A program made the translations under genes and the position numbers. The notes under the pieces are model-generated. The model ran no database searches. It had not been told where the DNA came from and worked only from the letters and a program-made list of their open reading frames with translations. A stretch of 64,000 bases of DNA from positions 1 to 64,000 of the forward strand of contig CAWDRG010000018.1 in assembly GCA_963804645.1 (NCBI GenBank). Direction: 5' to 3'. The first letter of the stretch is position 1; each line of letters begins with the position of its first letter. This document shows positions 30,556 to 40,708 of this stretch, one piece after another. The stretch comes from an uncultured Bacillota bacterium. Its GTDB lineage: Bacteria > Sysuimicrobiota > Sysuimicrobiia > Sysuimicrobiales > Segetimicrobiaceae.

Positions 30556-32957
30556 GATCGGTCATTTCCGTCTGGCCGAACGGGTCGCGCCGCGGCCCAG
30601 TGCCTTGGGACGCGGACTCGTCGAGGGTTCTTAGGCGCGCATCCGGCACCGTGAGCCGTGTGACTCCCGGTTCTAGTGGTCGGCCGTCCACGTAAATACG
30701 CTGCGTCCCAGGGTCGCGATGGACCCGAATTTGAATCACGCTCGCCGTCTCCACCGCACGTCTTCGTCTCATGCTCAGCGCGGCGATGAGAAGCATGAGG
30801 GCGAGGCCCAGCATCGCGACAATCTGCCATAGGGACCATCGCGGCGATTGAGCGATCGGCATGAACACGAGCGTGACGGTCGGGGACTGCCCCGAGGCGA
30901 CGGCGGCCGACTCGCTCGGTGCCGAGTAGCCGACGGCTCCGCCTGCGCTCACCGTGTATGTGCCAGGCGTGAGATCAGGCAGCACATGGGTACCCGTTCC
31001 CGCAACGGGGACCGTCTGACTGAACCCCTGTCCCGTGACAGTCACGCTCGCGGCCAGGGTCGCCGGCAGCCCGTGCACCGCCACGGTAAGCGATCCGACG
31101 ATCGGTGCGTAGGCAAGGGTCACCGTCGAGGTCCGCCCTGCGACGACCTCGACCGTCTGGTTGGGCGCCGAGTAGCCTCCGCTCCTCGCACCGCTGACGG
31201 TGTACATCCCCGGCATGAGTTTGGGCAGCGTCTGTGTACCGGCTGCCGCGAGCGGGATCGCCTGATTGAATCCCTGTCCCGTGACGGTCACGGTGGCCGA
31301 CAGAGTCGCGGGCAGCCCGTGCACCGCGATCGTGAACGATCCCACGGCCGGTGTATAGGCGAGCGTCACGATCGAGGTACGCCCCGCGGCAACCACAACC
31401 ACTTTGTCGGGCGTTGAGTAGCCCGCGGTCGCATTCCCGCGCACGGTGTACGTCCCCAGCGTGAGATTGCGCAGTATCTGTGTGCCCCTTCCTGCGAGAG
31501 CAAGCGTCTCAGTAAACCCCGGTCCTGTGACGGTCACGCTGGCCGACAACGTCGCCGGCAGCCCATTCATCGTCACCATGAGCGATCCCACAATTGGCGC
31601 GTTTGGAATGTAGGCAAGCGTGACGACCGAGTTCTGCGCGGCGGCGACCGAGACCGCCTGATCGGACGCCGAGTAGCCTCCTGTCCCGAGTCCGCGCACG
31701 GTGTACGTTCCCGGCGTTAGTTTGTGCAGTGTCTGTGAGCTGGTCCCCGTGAGAGGGATCGTCTGGCGGAACCGCTGCCCTGTGACGGTTACGCTTGCCG
31801 ACGCCGTTGCCGGTAGCCCGCGCACCGAAACGGTGAGTGAGCCCGCGATCGGAGTGTAGGCGAGCGTTGCGGTCGACAACTGCCCCGCGATGACAGTGAC
31901 CCTTTGACTCGCGGGCGCCGAGTACCCTTCCGCTGTGGCTCCGATAATGGTATACGTCCCCGGTTCAACATTGCCGAACGTCCGGCCGACGTCCGACAGG
32001 CCGAGCGTTTTCCTTGCTCCGGTCGGCGATATGATGGTGATGTCCGCTGACGTTCCGACGGGTAGCCCGCTCACCCTGACCGTCAGTCCTCCGCGTCCTT
32101 GTGCTGGAGGAATCCGTACTCCAGGGATCGCCGTGTACGTTAGCGTCACGGTCGAGGGCCGACCCGCGGTGACCGTGACCCTCTGGCTGGGGGGCGCCGA
32201 ATAGCCTGGGACGGCCGCCCCGCCAACGGTGTATATCCCCGGTTCGAGACGGCCCATCGTCTCGCCGGCGCTCGATACGCGGAGCACTTTTTTCGCTCCG
32301 GTCGAGGCATCGCCGATGATGACATCGACCGTCGATCCAGCCGCGAGCCCGCTCAATCTTATCGTCAGCGCTCCGAGGGGCTGTACTCCGGGGGGCCGTA
32401 CTCCCGGGGGTTGTACTCCGGGGGGCTGTACTCCCGGGGGCTGTACTCCGGGGGGCTGTACTCCGGGGGGCTGTACTCCGGGGGGCTGTACTCCGGGGGG
32501 CTGTACTCCGGGGGGCTGTACTTACTCCCGGGGGCGCCGTGTAGGTGAGGATCACGGTCGAGGGCTGGCCCGCGACGATCGTGACTCTCTGAGCGGGGGG
32601 CGCCGAATAGCCTGGGATTGCGAGCCCGGTGATCACGTATATCCCCGGCTCAAGCTTCACGCTCATCTCACCAGTGCCGGACAGGTGAAGCACTCTCGGC
32701 GGCCCTGTTGAGCTAGCGGTGATCGTAACGTCAGCCGACGTTCCCGTGGGTACCCCGCCCAATCTAATCGTCAGCGCGCCAAACGTCCGGGACTCCTGTG
32801 CATTGACGTTTTGCGCCAGGGCAAGAATCCCGATGGCCACGATCATTACGGTCGCTGTCGACACGAGGCAGCAGGCACGCAGGACGGACCGTGTCCGTAT
32901 TCTCAACCAGTACGCGACAGTATGCATCATCGCAGTGTCCCCTCGGCGCGACGGCAT
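30548..32957 (-). pseudogene. Membrane-anchored surface protein with seven ~83-aa Ig/prealbumin-like repeats and a (VQPPG)n linker, frameshifted by a 4-bp duplication at 32519-32526
   Basis: ORF 31965..32957 supplies the signal peptide and repeat 1. ORF 30548..32356 supplies repeats 2-7 (GSLTVxVxGLP...PGTYTV...GYSAP) and a C-terminal TM followed by RRRR. Confidence 0.75.
32371..32520. repeat. VNTR of 10 x 15 bp (CTCCGGGGGGCTGTA), encoding VQPPG on the minus strand
   Basis: Directly visible tandem array; most variant bases are synonymous in the VQPPG frame. Confidence 0.95.
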
Positions 32958-33106
32958 GTCGCTAGTCCGTATCGGCTCAGTCGCACGATTGCTCGGCGCC
33001 CGGCGGCGTACTCCCCTCGCGTTCGGTGTGCCGTCACCCCGACCATTGGCGTTTCATTAGCAGCGCTCGCAGTAGTATTGAAGAATAGGGGTGCCGCGCC
33101 GGGCGT

Positions 33107-33156
33107 ACCCCTGATAAGGGTGAGGTCCGTGGTTCGAGTCCACGAGGGCCCACCAT
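33107..33156 (+). repeat. att-like copy 1 of the tRNA-Ile 3' end (50 bp, exact)
   Basis: ACCCCTGATAAGGGTGAGGTCCGTGGTTCGAGTCCACGAGGGCCCACCAT is identical to 27633-27682. Confidence 0.95.
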
Positions 33157-33290
33157 TTCAATCACCGCAGGGTTTTCAGCCTACTTCTGCACCCCACGAT
33201 ACCATTGCAAGGGGTATCGTTTCTGCTGCCGCGCAGGGCGTACGTCGCCACTTGCAACCGCGCGTCCGTCCGAACCCTTGCGAGCCATCG

Positions 33291-33389
33291 TCACTTGAAC
33301 TGCATCAGGCCTCCCCCGAACGTGTGCAGGTCGTAATAGGCAAGGTAGCAGAAGACCACGGCCAGAATAAGCAGGAGCCATCGCAGCAT
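33291..33389 (-). CDS. 32-aa hydrophobic membrane peptide (MLRWLLLILAVVFCYLAYYDLHTFGGGLMQFK)
   Basis: Perfect AGGAGGTGA RBS (33405-33397) 7 nt before the ATG; single TM helix; below the ORF-track size cut-off. Confidence 0.6.
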   Translation of the reverse strand: MLRWLLLILAVVFCYLAYYDLHTFGGGLMQFK

Positions 33390-33537
33390 CCGCCCGTCAC
33401 CTCCTACGTCCACCGCTGCTCATGTTGCCCCGGTGTCATTTCGCCACCACGGCACTTATCCTGCAATCTCCAGGGTGGCTCGACTCAAGGGATTTCGCGG
33501 CACTCTTCTCCACTCAGTTACTCACACGTAGGTATCC

Positions 33538-33576
33538 GGGTGAGGTCCGTGGTTCGAATCCACGAGAGCCCATCAT
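33538..33576 (+). repeat. att-like copy 2 of the tRNA-Ile 3' end (39 bp, 3 mismatches), closing mini-islet 2 (33157-33576)
   Basis: GGGTGAGGTCCGTGGTTCGAATCCACGAGAGCCCATCAT compared with tRNA positions 27644-27682. Confidence 0.85.
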
Positions 33577-33651
33577 TCCAAGAGCCGCAGAGGCTGCCCC
33601 GCGACCGCGGTTGAGAGATTTGGTCCCAGCCGCTTTGCGCACAACTAGGCG

Positions 33652-34218
33652 TCAACCCCTAGTTTGACGCCCGAGCCTTTTCGGGACGCGCCGAGTTGGC
33701 TGCCGTACGGTACGCGCTTTTCTAGGCGACGTTCTTTTGGAGCGCTCCACTGTTCCGGATTCGGAACGGCTGGAGGCGTCACGCTCCATTTGGCGCACCT
33801 TGTCGAGCCGCCTCGTGAAAACTGCACCTCCACTGAAACGCGCTTCCAAGTACGTGCGCACCAAATCGACCGCCAACCACGGCCCGACGATTTGCGCCCC
33901 AATGCACATGACGTTGACGTCGTCGTGCTCGACAGATTGGTGTGCGGTGTGCCCATCGTGACAGACCGATGCGCGGATCCCCGGGATCTTGTTGGCGGCG
34001 ATCGCTGCCCCCACCCCAGTGCCGCAGACCAACACCGCCCGGTCGGCGCGTCCCTGGAGTATGGCCTTGCACACTCGCTGGGTGATATCTGGAAAGTCCA
34101 CCGGCGCGCCATCATACGTCCCGTGGTCGGTCACCTCGTGACCGAGATTCCTGATAGCGCCGACGATCACGGCCTTGAGCGGAAACCCCGAATGATCTCC
34201 ACCGACTGCGACTCGCAT
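33652..34218 (-). CDS. rpiB: RpiB/LacA/LacB family sugar-phosphate isomerase
   Basis: GGDHSG, CGTGVG, ANKIPGIRA and EHDDVNVMCIG motifs. Confidence 0.9.
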   Translation of the reverse strand: MRVAVGGDHSGFPLKAVIVGAIRNLGHEVTDHGTYDGAPVDFPDITQRVCKAILQGRADRAVLVCGTGVGAAIAANKIPGIRASVCHDGHTAHQSVEHDDVNVMCIGAQIVGPWLAVDLVRTYLEARFSGGAVFTRRLDKVRQMERDASSRSESGTVERSKRTSPRKARTVRQPTRRVPKRLGRQTRG

Positions 34219-34297
34219 GCCGCCTCCCTCCCAAGCTTCGCCGATCCTCGGCGCGACGGCGCGCTCGGACTGCGCACCGAAGCCGTCGGCGTGTCGC

Positions 34298-35188
34298 TCA
34301 TTTAATCCCCGTCGTCGAGATCCCCTCGGTGAGCAATTTCTGGAACGACACGAAAATCATGAGAATCGGGATGAGGCTCACCACGGACATCGCAAAGAGC
34401 GGCCCCCATTGAGATGTTTCATTGAGATCAAGAAAGAGATTCAGACCCAACGGCACCGTGTACATGGTGGGCTTCGCCAAATAGAGCAGCGGTCCCAAAA
34501 AGTCGTTCCAGGAGTTCAGGAACGTGAAGATCCCCGTGGTGGCCATCGCCGGCATCGCAAGCGGCACGATGATGCGGTAGAAGACCTGCACGTGGCCGCA
34601 CCCGTCGATGATCGCGGCTTCGTCGAGCTCCCTCGGCAGGCCGCGGATGAACTGGACGACCAGGAAGATGAAGAACGCATCGACGGCGAGGAAGCGGGGC
34701 ACCACCAGCGGCAGATACGTGTTCAGCCATCCAAGCCGCAGGAACAGGATGTACTGCGGAATGATCAGGACTTGATAGGGCAACATGATCGTGAGCAGCA
34801 TGATGGCAAAGAGGACGCCCTGAAACCGAAATCGCAGTCGGGCGAATGCATAGGCCGCCATCGTGCAGGACCAGACGTTCCCGATGACCGCCAAGCCGGC
34901 GATGATGACGGAGTTTGCGAACAGACGGCTGAACGAGAGGTTCTGCATTGGGTACCAGCCGTCCCTGTAGTTCGAGAACGTCCAACTCTGCGGCAGCAGG
35001 CCGGCGTTCACGAAGATCCGGGCGCTGGGCTCGAACGAAGCCCCCAGCATCCAGAACAGGGGATACAGCGTCACGATCAGCAGCGCGATGAGCAGCAGAT
35101 GGCGGGCGCCGACTCCCACGACGCTGCGCCGCCGGGCGGCGGTGCGGGCGCCCGACGGGTAGTTCGTCCGAATCGTGGCGGTCCCCAT
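34298..35188 (-). CDS. Carbohydrate ABC transporter permease (MalG-like)
   Basis: EAA loop LPRELDEAAIIDG, WNDFLGP, multiple TMs; start moved to the ATG at 35188. Confidence 0.92.
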   Translation of the reverse strand: MGTATIRTNYPSGARTAARRRSVVGVGARHLLLIALLIVTLYPLFWMLGASFEPSARIFVNAGLLPQSWTFSNYRDGWYPMQNLSFSRLFANSVIIAGLAVIGNVWSCTMAAYAFARLRFRFQGVLFAIMLLTIMLPYQVLIIPQYILFLRLGWLNTYLPLVVPRFLAVDAFFIFLVVQFIRGLPRELDEAAIIDGCGHVQVFYRIIVPLAMPAMATTGIFTFLNSWNDFLGPLLYLAKPTMYTVPLGLNLFLDLNETSQWGPLFAMSVVSLIPILMIFVSFQKLLTEGISTTGIK

Positions 35189-35193
35189 TGGAG

Positions 35194-36141
35194 TTACGTC
35201 GTGTCCCCGTAATGCACCCAGAATCGCGCGCTGAAGAAGGCCATCCCCGTCAGCGCCGCAATGATGACCACGAGCACCCACGCCATGGCGGCCGCATAGC
35301 CCATGTCGTAGTTCACGAAGCCCTGCTGGTAGAGATAGAGCGCGTACAAGAGCATCGATCCGGCGGGCCCCCCGTTGCCGTTGCTGATCACGTACGCGGG
35401 AGTGAACACCTGGAACGCCCGAATGAGGCCGAGGACGGCGTTGAAGAAAATCACCGGCGACAGCATCGGCACGGTGATGTACCAGAACTGCCGCCACATG
35501 CGGGCACCGTCCACGGCCGCGGCTTCATACAGGTCCTGGGGGATTTGACGCAGGCCGGCGAGGAAAATGATCATGGCGGCCCCGAACTGCCACACGTTCA
35601 GCGCCACGAGGGTGTACAGGGCGGTGCCGGGGCTGCCGATCCAACTCTGGCCGGCGATGTGGACGAGCGCGAGGATATGGTTGAGCATGCCGTCGATGCC
35701 GAACACTTGCCGCCACAGGACCGCGATGGCGACGCTGCCGCCCAGCAGGGAAGGCAGATAGAAGAGCCCCCGGTAGAGCGTCAGGCCGCGCAGCCCGCGG
35801 TTCAGCAGCAGCGCCAGCGCCAGCGAGATCACCAGCACGGCGGGCACCGACGCCGCGACGTAGAGGACCGTTACGCTGAGCGACTGGCCGAAGGCGGGGT
35901 CCCCCGACGCGATCCGATGGTAGTTCGCGAGGCCTGTCCACCTCGGGGTGGACAAGAGATCGTAGTGCGTGAACGAGAGGCCGAGTGATGCCAGCAGGGG
36001 CCCGATGGTGATGCCCACGAGCCCGAGCAGCCAGGGGGCCAGGAACAGATACGCGACGCGGTCATCCCGTCGGCCGAGTCGCGCGCGCCCGCGGCGGCCC
36101 GGCCCGACCGACCCCACTATAGATCCGACGGGGACCGTCAC
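35194..36141 (-). CDS. Carbohydrate ABC transporter permease (MalF-like)
   Basis: LYEAAAVDGA, GYAAAMAW, TM helices. Confidence 0.92.
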   Translation of the reverse strand: MTVPVGSIVGSVGPGRRGRARLGRRDDRVAYLFLAPWLLGLVGITIGPLLASLGLSFTHYDLLSTPRWTGLANYHRIASGDPAFGQSLSVTVLYVAASVPAVLVISLALALLLNRGLRGLTLYRGLFYLPSLLGGSVAIAVLWRQVFGIDGMLNHILALVHIAGQSWIGSPGTALYTLVALNVWQFGAAMIIFLAGLRQIPQDLYEAAAVDGARMWRQFWYITVPMLSPVIFFNAVLGLIRAFQVFTPAYVISNGNGGPAGSMLLYALYLYQQGFVNYDMGYAAAMAWVLVVIIAALTGMAFFSARFWVHYGDTT

Positions 36142-36216
36142 GTGCGTGGCCCCACCGCTGGATCGCGCCGGTGTCGCCCGGCCCGCATGGGTTTATTCCG
36201 CGTCCGGAGCCATCGC

Positions 36217-37614
36217 CTAGCTCGTGACGGCGTTGACTTGAGAGAAGAATGCGTCCACGGAGGCCTCCACCGTGGCCTTCTCGAACGCCACGTTGGAGTA
36301 GTTGTTCGCGAGCGCCTGGACGACCGCGCTGTAGTTGGCCGGAAAGTCGATGACGGTTGGTCTGCTGTTGATCATGTCCTTCAGGAACTGCAGGTACGCC
36401 TTGACCGGTGAATCGGGGGCGCTCCCGGCGATTTGCCCGGCCAGCAAGCTCGTCACGGTGACCGCGCCGTTGTCTGAGGAGTAGACTTTCGCGCCGTCCG
36501 GGTCGTTGGTAAAGAAGTTAATCCACGCCGCCGCCGTCGGGATGTTCGTGCAGTTCGCCGCAATCGACAGGCCGTTGTTTACCAAGACCTGCCCGTTGCC
36601 CTTGGGAAGCACGGGGAACGTCGCGAGCTTCAGCGTCCCTTTCCCGCTCGCCGTGAGCGGCGCCTGAATCGCAGCAAGCTGGTTGGCCGGCCGCTCGTCG
36701 AACATCGCTCTCCCGAGCGTGAGGTAGCCCTGCTGATTGTCGGTCGGCTCCTCCTGCATCATGGCCGCCGTCACCGTCGCGCCGGCCTTGCGCAGCGTCT
36801 CCCACCAGTTCCAGTAGTCCACCATCAGCTGCTTGGGAAACGCGAGCTTCCCACTCTTGTTGAAGAGGACCTGCCCGTGGGACGCCACCCACGCCCACAG
36901 GATGGAGTCGTCGGCGCCGCGCAGGTCGCTGGCGTACACGCTGGACGGCAGCTTGTCCTTCGCGTCGAGCAGCCACCGCTGCAGTTGCTCCCAGGTCATG
37001 TTGGATCGAAGCACGGGCAGGCCGGCCTTGTCGGCCATCGTGGTATTGTACATCCAGTTGTTGGTGGCGGACCCCGTGGGTATCATGTAGAGTTTGCCGT
37101 CCCGCCCTCTCCCGGATTCCACGGCCACTTTCGGGATTCCGGATACGTCGATCGCGCCCGACTGCACCAGATCGTCGAGCGGCCGGAGGGCATGCCGCGT
37201 GGCGTACACCGTCAGGTACCTCACCTGCATTTGAGGCACGTCCGGCATGTTGCGTGCCGCGGCCTCGACGGTGAGCTTCTCCCAATAAGTATTGAAGTCG
37301 CCGACCGGCTCGCCGTCTAACTGCGCCTTCGGATACTTCTGTTGGAACAGCGTCATGACGGCCTGGGTCTTCCGGCTCCGCTCCCCGGTCCCCCACCAGC
37401 TGAAGCCGATCTCACCCTGGATGGGTCCGGGGGGCGGCGCCGCTGCTGCCGGCTGCTCGCCGCCGAACTCGTGCAGGAGCGCCGCTAGCCCGCCGCTGGC
37501 CGCCAAGGCGATCGCGCCGTTACGAGCCAAAGCGAGCAGCTCGCGTCGGCTCCGGGCGGTACGGGCCGCAGGATGGCGAGCATCGGCTGACCTTAGTTCA
37601 TCCACCGAGACCAC
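36217..37614 (-). CDS. Carbohydrate ABC transporter substrate-binding protein (Tat-like signal)
   Basis: SRRELL followed by a hydrophobic stretch; FSWWG...YWEKL...PDV motifs of cluster-1 SBPs. Confidence 0.9.
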   Translation of the reverse strand: MVSVDELRSADARHPAARTARSRRELLALARNGAIALAASGGLAALLHEFGGEQPAAAAPPPGPIQGEIGFSWWGTGERSRKTQAVMTLFQQKYPKAQLDGEPVGDFNTYWEKLTVEAAARNMPDVPQMQVRYLTVYATRHALRPLDDLVQSGAIDVSGIPKVAVESGRGRDGKLYMIPTGSATNNWMYNTTMADKAGLPVLRSNMTWEQLQRWLLDAKDKLPSSVYASDLRGADDSILWAWVASHGQVLFNKSGKLAFPKQLMVDYWNWWETLRKAGATVTAAMMQEEPTDNQQGYLTLGRAMFDERPANQLAAIQAPLTASGKGTLKLATFPVLPKGNGQVLVNNGLSIAANCTNIPTAAAWINFFTNDPDGAKVYSSDNGAVTVTSLLAGQIAGSAPDSPVKAYLQFLKDMINSRPTVIDFPANYSAVVQALANNYSNVAFEKATVEASVDAFFSQVNAVTS

Positions 37615-37766
37615 CTCCCTCGCGCATCTCCCGGATCCAGCGCGCTCGCACGACCGGCTGCCCGGCGTGTCGCCCGCGTGATCAGGGGGTTCAGCCTGAT
37701 TTCCTGAACCGCTGGCTTGCCGCTCATCACGCTGATCCCGTCGACCGCGCCGGGCCGGCGGGCTGG

Positions 37767-38537
37767 TTACAAGCCCGCGTAAAAGGCTTCCATCTCTTCA
37801 ACCGCCACGGTCGCGTCCATCGCCATGCCCAAGCGCTGATACAGTTTCCGCCGCTTGACCACGTCGTCGAGCAGGATCCCCTTGGCGATACGCACGACGT
37901 CGTCCACCACTTCTGCGGGGACGACGACACACCCGTCACCGTCGCATCCGATGATGTCGCCCGGCCGCACCAGCACTCCGCCGCAGCCGATCGGTTCATT
38001 CACCCCGGTGAAAATGACGCGTCCCGGGATGATCGTCCGACCCCGTCCGCGGCAGGCCACGGGAGTCTTCTGCAAGATCAGCTCGTCGGTATCCCGAGCA
38101 TGGCCGTCCGTGAGCACGCCCACCGCGCCCCTGGCGACGAGGTCCAAGGAGTTATTCGAGCCCCAGATGCCGGTCTCGACCCCGTCGGTGGACGTGACGA
38201 CGACGCAACCGGCTTTGACGGCGCCTCCAACTTCATTGCGGCCGTGCTCGGCAAACCAGATGGCATGCGACTTGACCGCGTCTTCGGCGGTGAGCTTCGG
38301 CATGCGCACGTTGGCCGGCAGCGCGCGGACCGTCACCGCCGGGCCCCAGAACCGCAGGCCCTCCCACAGCGGTCGAATGCGCTCGTCCATGAGCGTTAGG
38401 TCCTGCCTGCCCACCGCATCAAGTGCGTCGGTCACGTCGGTAACCCGAAAATGCTTGAACCAGCGCGCGAGTGCATAGGTATCGCTCACGGCTTCGGTCC
38501 ACCCCCATTCGTTTGAATCGACCTGATCCACGTGCAT
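37767..38537 (-). CDS. RraA family protein (HMG/CHA aldolase-like) B
   Basis: DVTDALD, GPAVTV, WGS, DGHARD, VRPGDIIGCDGDG. Confidence 0.88.
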   Translation of the reverse strand: MHVDQVDSNEWGWTEAVSDTYALARWFKHFRVTDVTDALDAVGRQDLTLMDERIRPLWEGLRFWGPAVTVRALPANVRMPKLTAEDAVKSHAIWFAEHGRNEVGGAVKAGCVVVTSTDGVETGIWGSNNSLDLVARGAVGVLTDGHARDTDELILQKTPVACRGRGRTIIPGRVIFTGVNEPIGCGGVLVRPGDIIGCDGDGCVVVPAEVVDDVVRIAKGILLDDVVKRRKLYQRLGMAMDATVAVEEMEAFYAGL

Positions 38538-38669
38538 TCGCGACCGTCGACGCGTTGCAGTTGCAGCGCGCGCGGCGCCAACACTGTCTACTGCCCGCTG
38601 GCGCGAATTCCTGCACCCAACGCGTGTCCTTCGGCGCCGTCGGTCCGTTCGGCGCTTCGCGAGTCGGGC

Positions 38670-39398
38670 CTATCCTCGGGTGAGCTCCGACAACGGAACC
38701 ACGGTGTCGTCCTCCGAAAACCCGGCCTGCTTGAAGAGGGCGCGCCGCTTGACTCGATCGCCGTCCGCCACTTCCCGAGCATACTTCGCGACCTCCTCCG
38801 CGATATCGCGCGGCACGACCACGACCCCGTCGCCGTCCGCCACAATGACGTCCTCCGGCTTCACGAGCGCGCCGCCGCAGTTGATGGCGACCTGTTCAGC
38901 GTTGAACTCGATACGCGCGGGACGAATCGTTTTCTCGATGCGGGCGCAGTACACCCGGCACCCCTGGCGGATCTGTTCGTCGGTGTCCCGGGCGCCCCCG
39001 TTGGTGACCACACCGAACGCGCCCCGCAGGATCCAGCCTAGGGTATTGTTGGACCCGGTGAACCCGACGTGCGTATCCGCCCCGTCGATTACGATGACGT
39101 CGCCCGCGTGGATCTCCATCTGGGGTCCGGCCGCCAGGTCCCTGTACCAGGCGCGGATGAACTCGCGCATTTCATCGGGTGTTCGCGCGGTGACCGGATG
39201 ATTGGTGGGAACCCAGCGAAGCGTGTGGGCAAAGCCGACCAGCCGGTGTTTGAAGCCGACGACGTCACGCGCGAGCGGACGGATCGCTGGATCCATCAGG
39301 CCGATGTCCTGGTACCCCACCATGTCGAGCCCGTCCGTGACATCCGTCACCCGGAGGTCCTGATACAGTGTGAGCAACCGCTGCCGCTCTGCATCCAT
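38670..39398 (-). CDS. RraA family protein (HMG/CHA aldolase-like) A
   Basis: DVTDGLD, NGGARD, VKPEDVIVADGDGVVVVP; GGAGG RBS. Confidence 0.88.
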   Translation of the reverse strand: MDAERQRLLTLYQDLRVTDVTDGLDMVGYQDIGLMDPAIRPLARDVVGFKHRLVGFAHTLRWVPTNHPVTARTPDEMREFIRAWYRDLAAGPQMEIHAGDVIVIDGADTHVGFTGSNNTLGWILRGAFGVVTNGGARDTDEQIRQGCRVYCARIEKTIRPARIEFNAEQVAINCGGALVKPEDVIVADGDGVVVVPRDIAEEVAKYAREVADGDRVKRRALFKQAGFSEDDTVVPLSELTRG

Positions 39399-39626
39399 AC
39401 GTACGCCTCCTTTCGCCCTTCTTGCAGTGCCTTTACTGTGCCGCTTCGCTGTGACGGGGCGAGTTCCCCGTGCTCGGCTTCGCCCCGTTTGGACCGGTGA
39501 TGTGTGGGCTAGGTATATCAGCGGCGAGGTGCATGAAGATGCGTGACGTAGGTCGTGCAGTGGATCGGGCCGGTCGCCGTGGTGGCGCTCGGTATGACTC
39601 CGGCCCTCGCACAGACACGCGTACCT

Positions 39627-39750
39627 GTGTTTGTTGGCGTCGCATCCATTTCGCCGATTGTCGCCTGATCGCGGGTGTTTTGATCTTGGTAGCGCCGGCC
39701 TCCTGAACTATATCGTGGCGCTCTACTTGATCGTGATCGGCCTGACGCGA
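39627..39750 (+). pseudogene. DUF3096-like small membrane protein remnant with two 1-bp deletions
   Basis: Three frames stitch to ISPIVA-LIAGVLILVAP-xLLNYIVALYLIVIGL, the DUF3096 pattern; no RBS and no nearby stop. Confidence 0.6.
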
Positions 39751-39967
39751 CGGCAACCATGCCCTGACCGACCGCGCGCGAACCCACGTGGTCCGCGGCC
39801 AGCAGCGTCGCCATCGCACGGTGAGTTGTGAGGAGGATCTGTCGTACATTGCGCGTATAGAACGCGCGAACCAACCGGCACCGACCCGCGAGGGATCGGG
39901 ACCGTACGACCTCGGGCGCTCCTCGCGGCGGCCAGGTCCGAGATGCGCGGTTGGATGGGAGGAACGC

Positions 39968-40660
39968 GTGGACCCCAGAGTCGTACAGTTCGTCGGCGAG
40001 TTGACCCTGACCTTCGCCGCGTTATTTCCGGTGGTCAACCCAATCGGCGACGCCCCGATCTTTCTCGGCCTCACGCGGCGCTACCCGCAGTCGGTGCAGC
40101 GGATGTTGGCGAGGAAGATCGCGGCCTACGGATTTGCCTTGCTCGCAGGGTCGCTCCTGTTTGGCAGCGAGATCCTGAACTTTTTCGGCGTCACCCTGGC
40201 GATTGTGCAGATCGCGGGCGGGCTGGTCCTCGCGAACACGGGATGGCACCTGCTGAATCAGTCGGACGCCGCCCCCGCTGGCACGCAGGCACCGGCGACG
40301 CTCGAGGACGCAATGTCGCACGCGTTCTATCCGCTGACGCTGCCGATCACGGTCGGCCCGGGCTGCATCACCATCGCGGTGGCGATCGGCGCGCACCTGC
40401 GACAGCAGCCGGGCTTCGGGTTTGACCACGGCGTCCCGCTCCGGTTCGTGGCCGCGTTGGTCGGCATGGCGCTGGTGTGCCTCCTGGTGGTCGTGTGCTA
40501 CGGGAACGCCGAATGGCTGGCGCGGACCCTGGGCCGGTCCGGCACGGTGATCCTGGTGCGTCTCTCCGCCTTCATCCTGCTGGCAATCGGAGTGCAGATC
40601 GCGTGGGACGGGCTGAGCACCAACCTCCTCGAACTGCTCTCGCGGGCGCCGGTGCATTGA
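39968..40660 (+). CDS. marC: MarC family membrane protein
   Basis: VVNPIG, YPLTLPITVGPG, RLSAFILLAIGVQ; GGAGG RBS before the GTG at 39968. Confidence 0.9.
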   Translation: MDPRVVQFVGELTLTFAALFPVVNPIGDAPIFLGLTRRYPQSVQRMLARKIAAYGFALLAGSLLFGSEILNFFGVTLAIVQIAGGLVLANTGWHLLNQSDAAPAGTQAPATLEDAMSHAFYPLTLPITVGPGCITIAVAIGAHLRQQPGFGFDHGVPLRFVAALVGMALVCLLVVVCYGNAEWLARTLGRSGTVILVRLSAFILLAIGVQIAWDGLSTNLLELLSRAPVH

Positions 40661-40708
40661 GCGGCGTCGCGCCGCCCGCGTTCCGAGCCCGATGACGGCC
40701 GCCGCCCG

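Larger units (their letters stand above)
27682..33156. mobile_element. tRNA-Ile-integrated genomic islet 1 (~5.5 kb, no integrase visible)
   Basis: Bounded by an exact 50-bp direct repeat of the tRNA 3' half (27633-27682 = 33107-33156); visibly more AT-rich than the flanks. Confidence 0.8.

Noticed and set aside
32371..32520. Short repeat array as a CRISPR
   Set aside because: Head-to-tail 15-mers with no spacers, inside a coding region, and no cas genes.
27682..33576. Prophage or intact ICE at the tRNA
   Set aside because: No integrase, replication, structural or conjugation genes were recognised.
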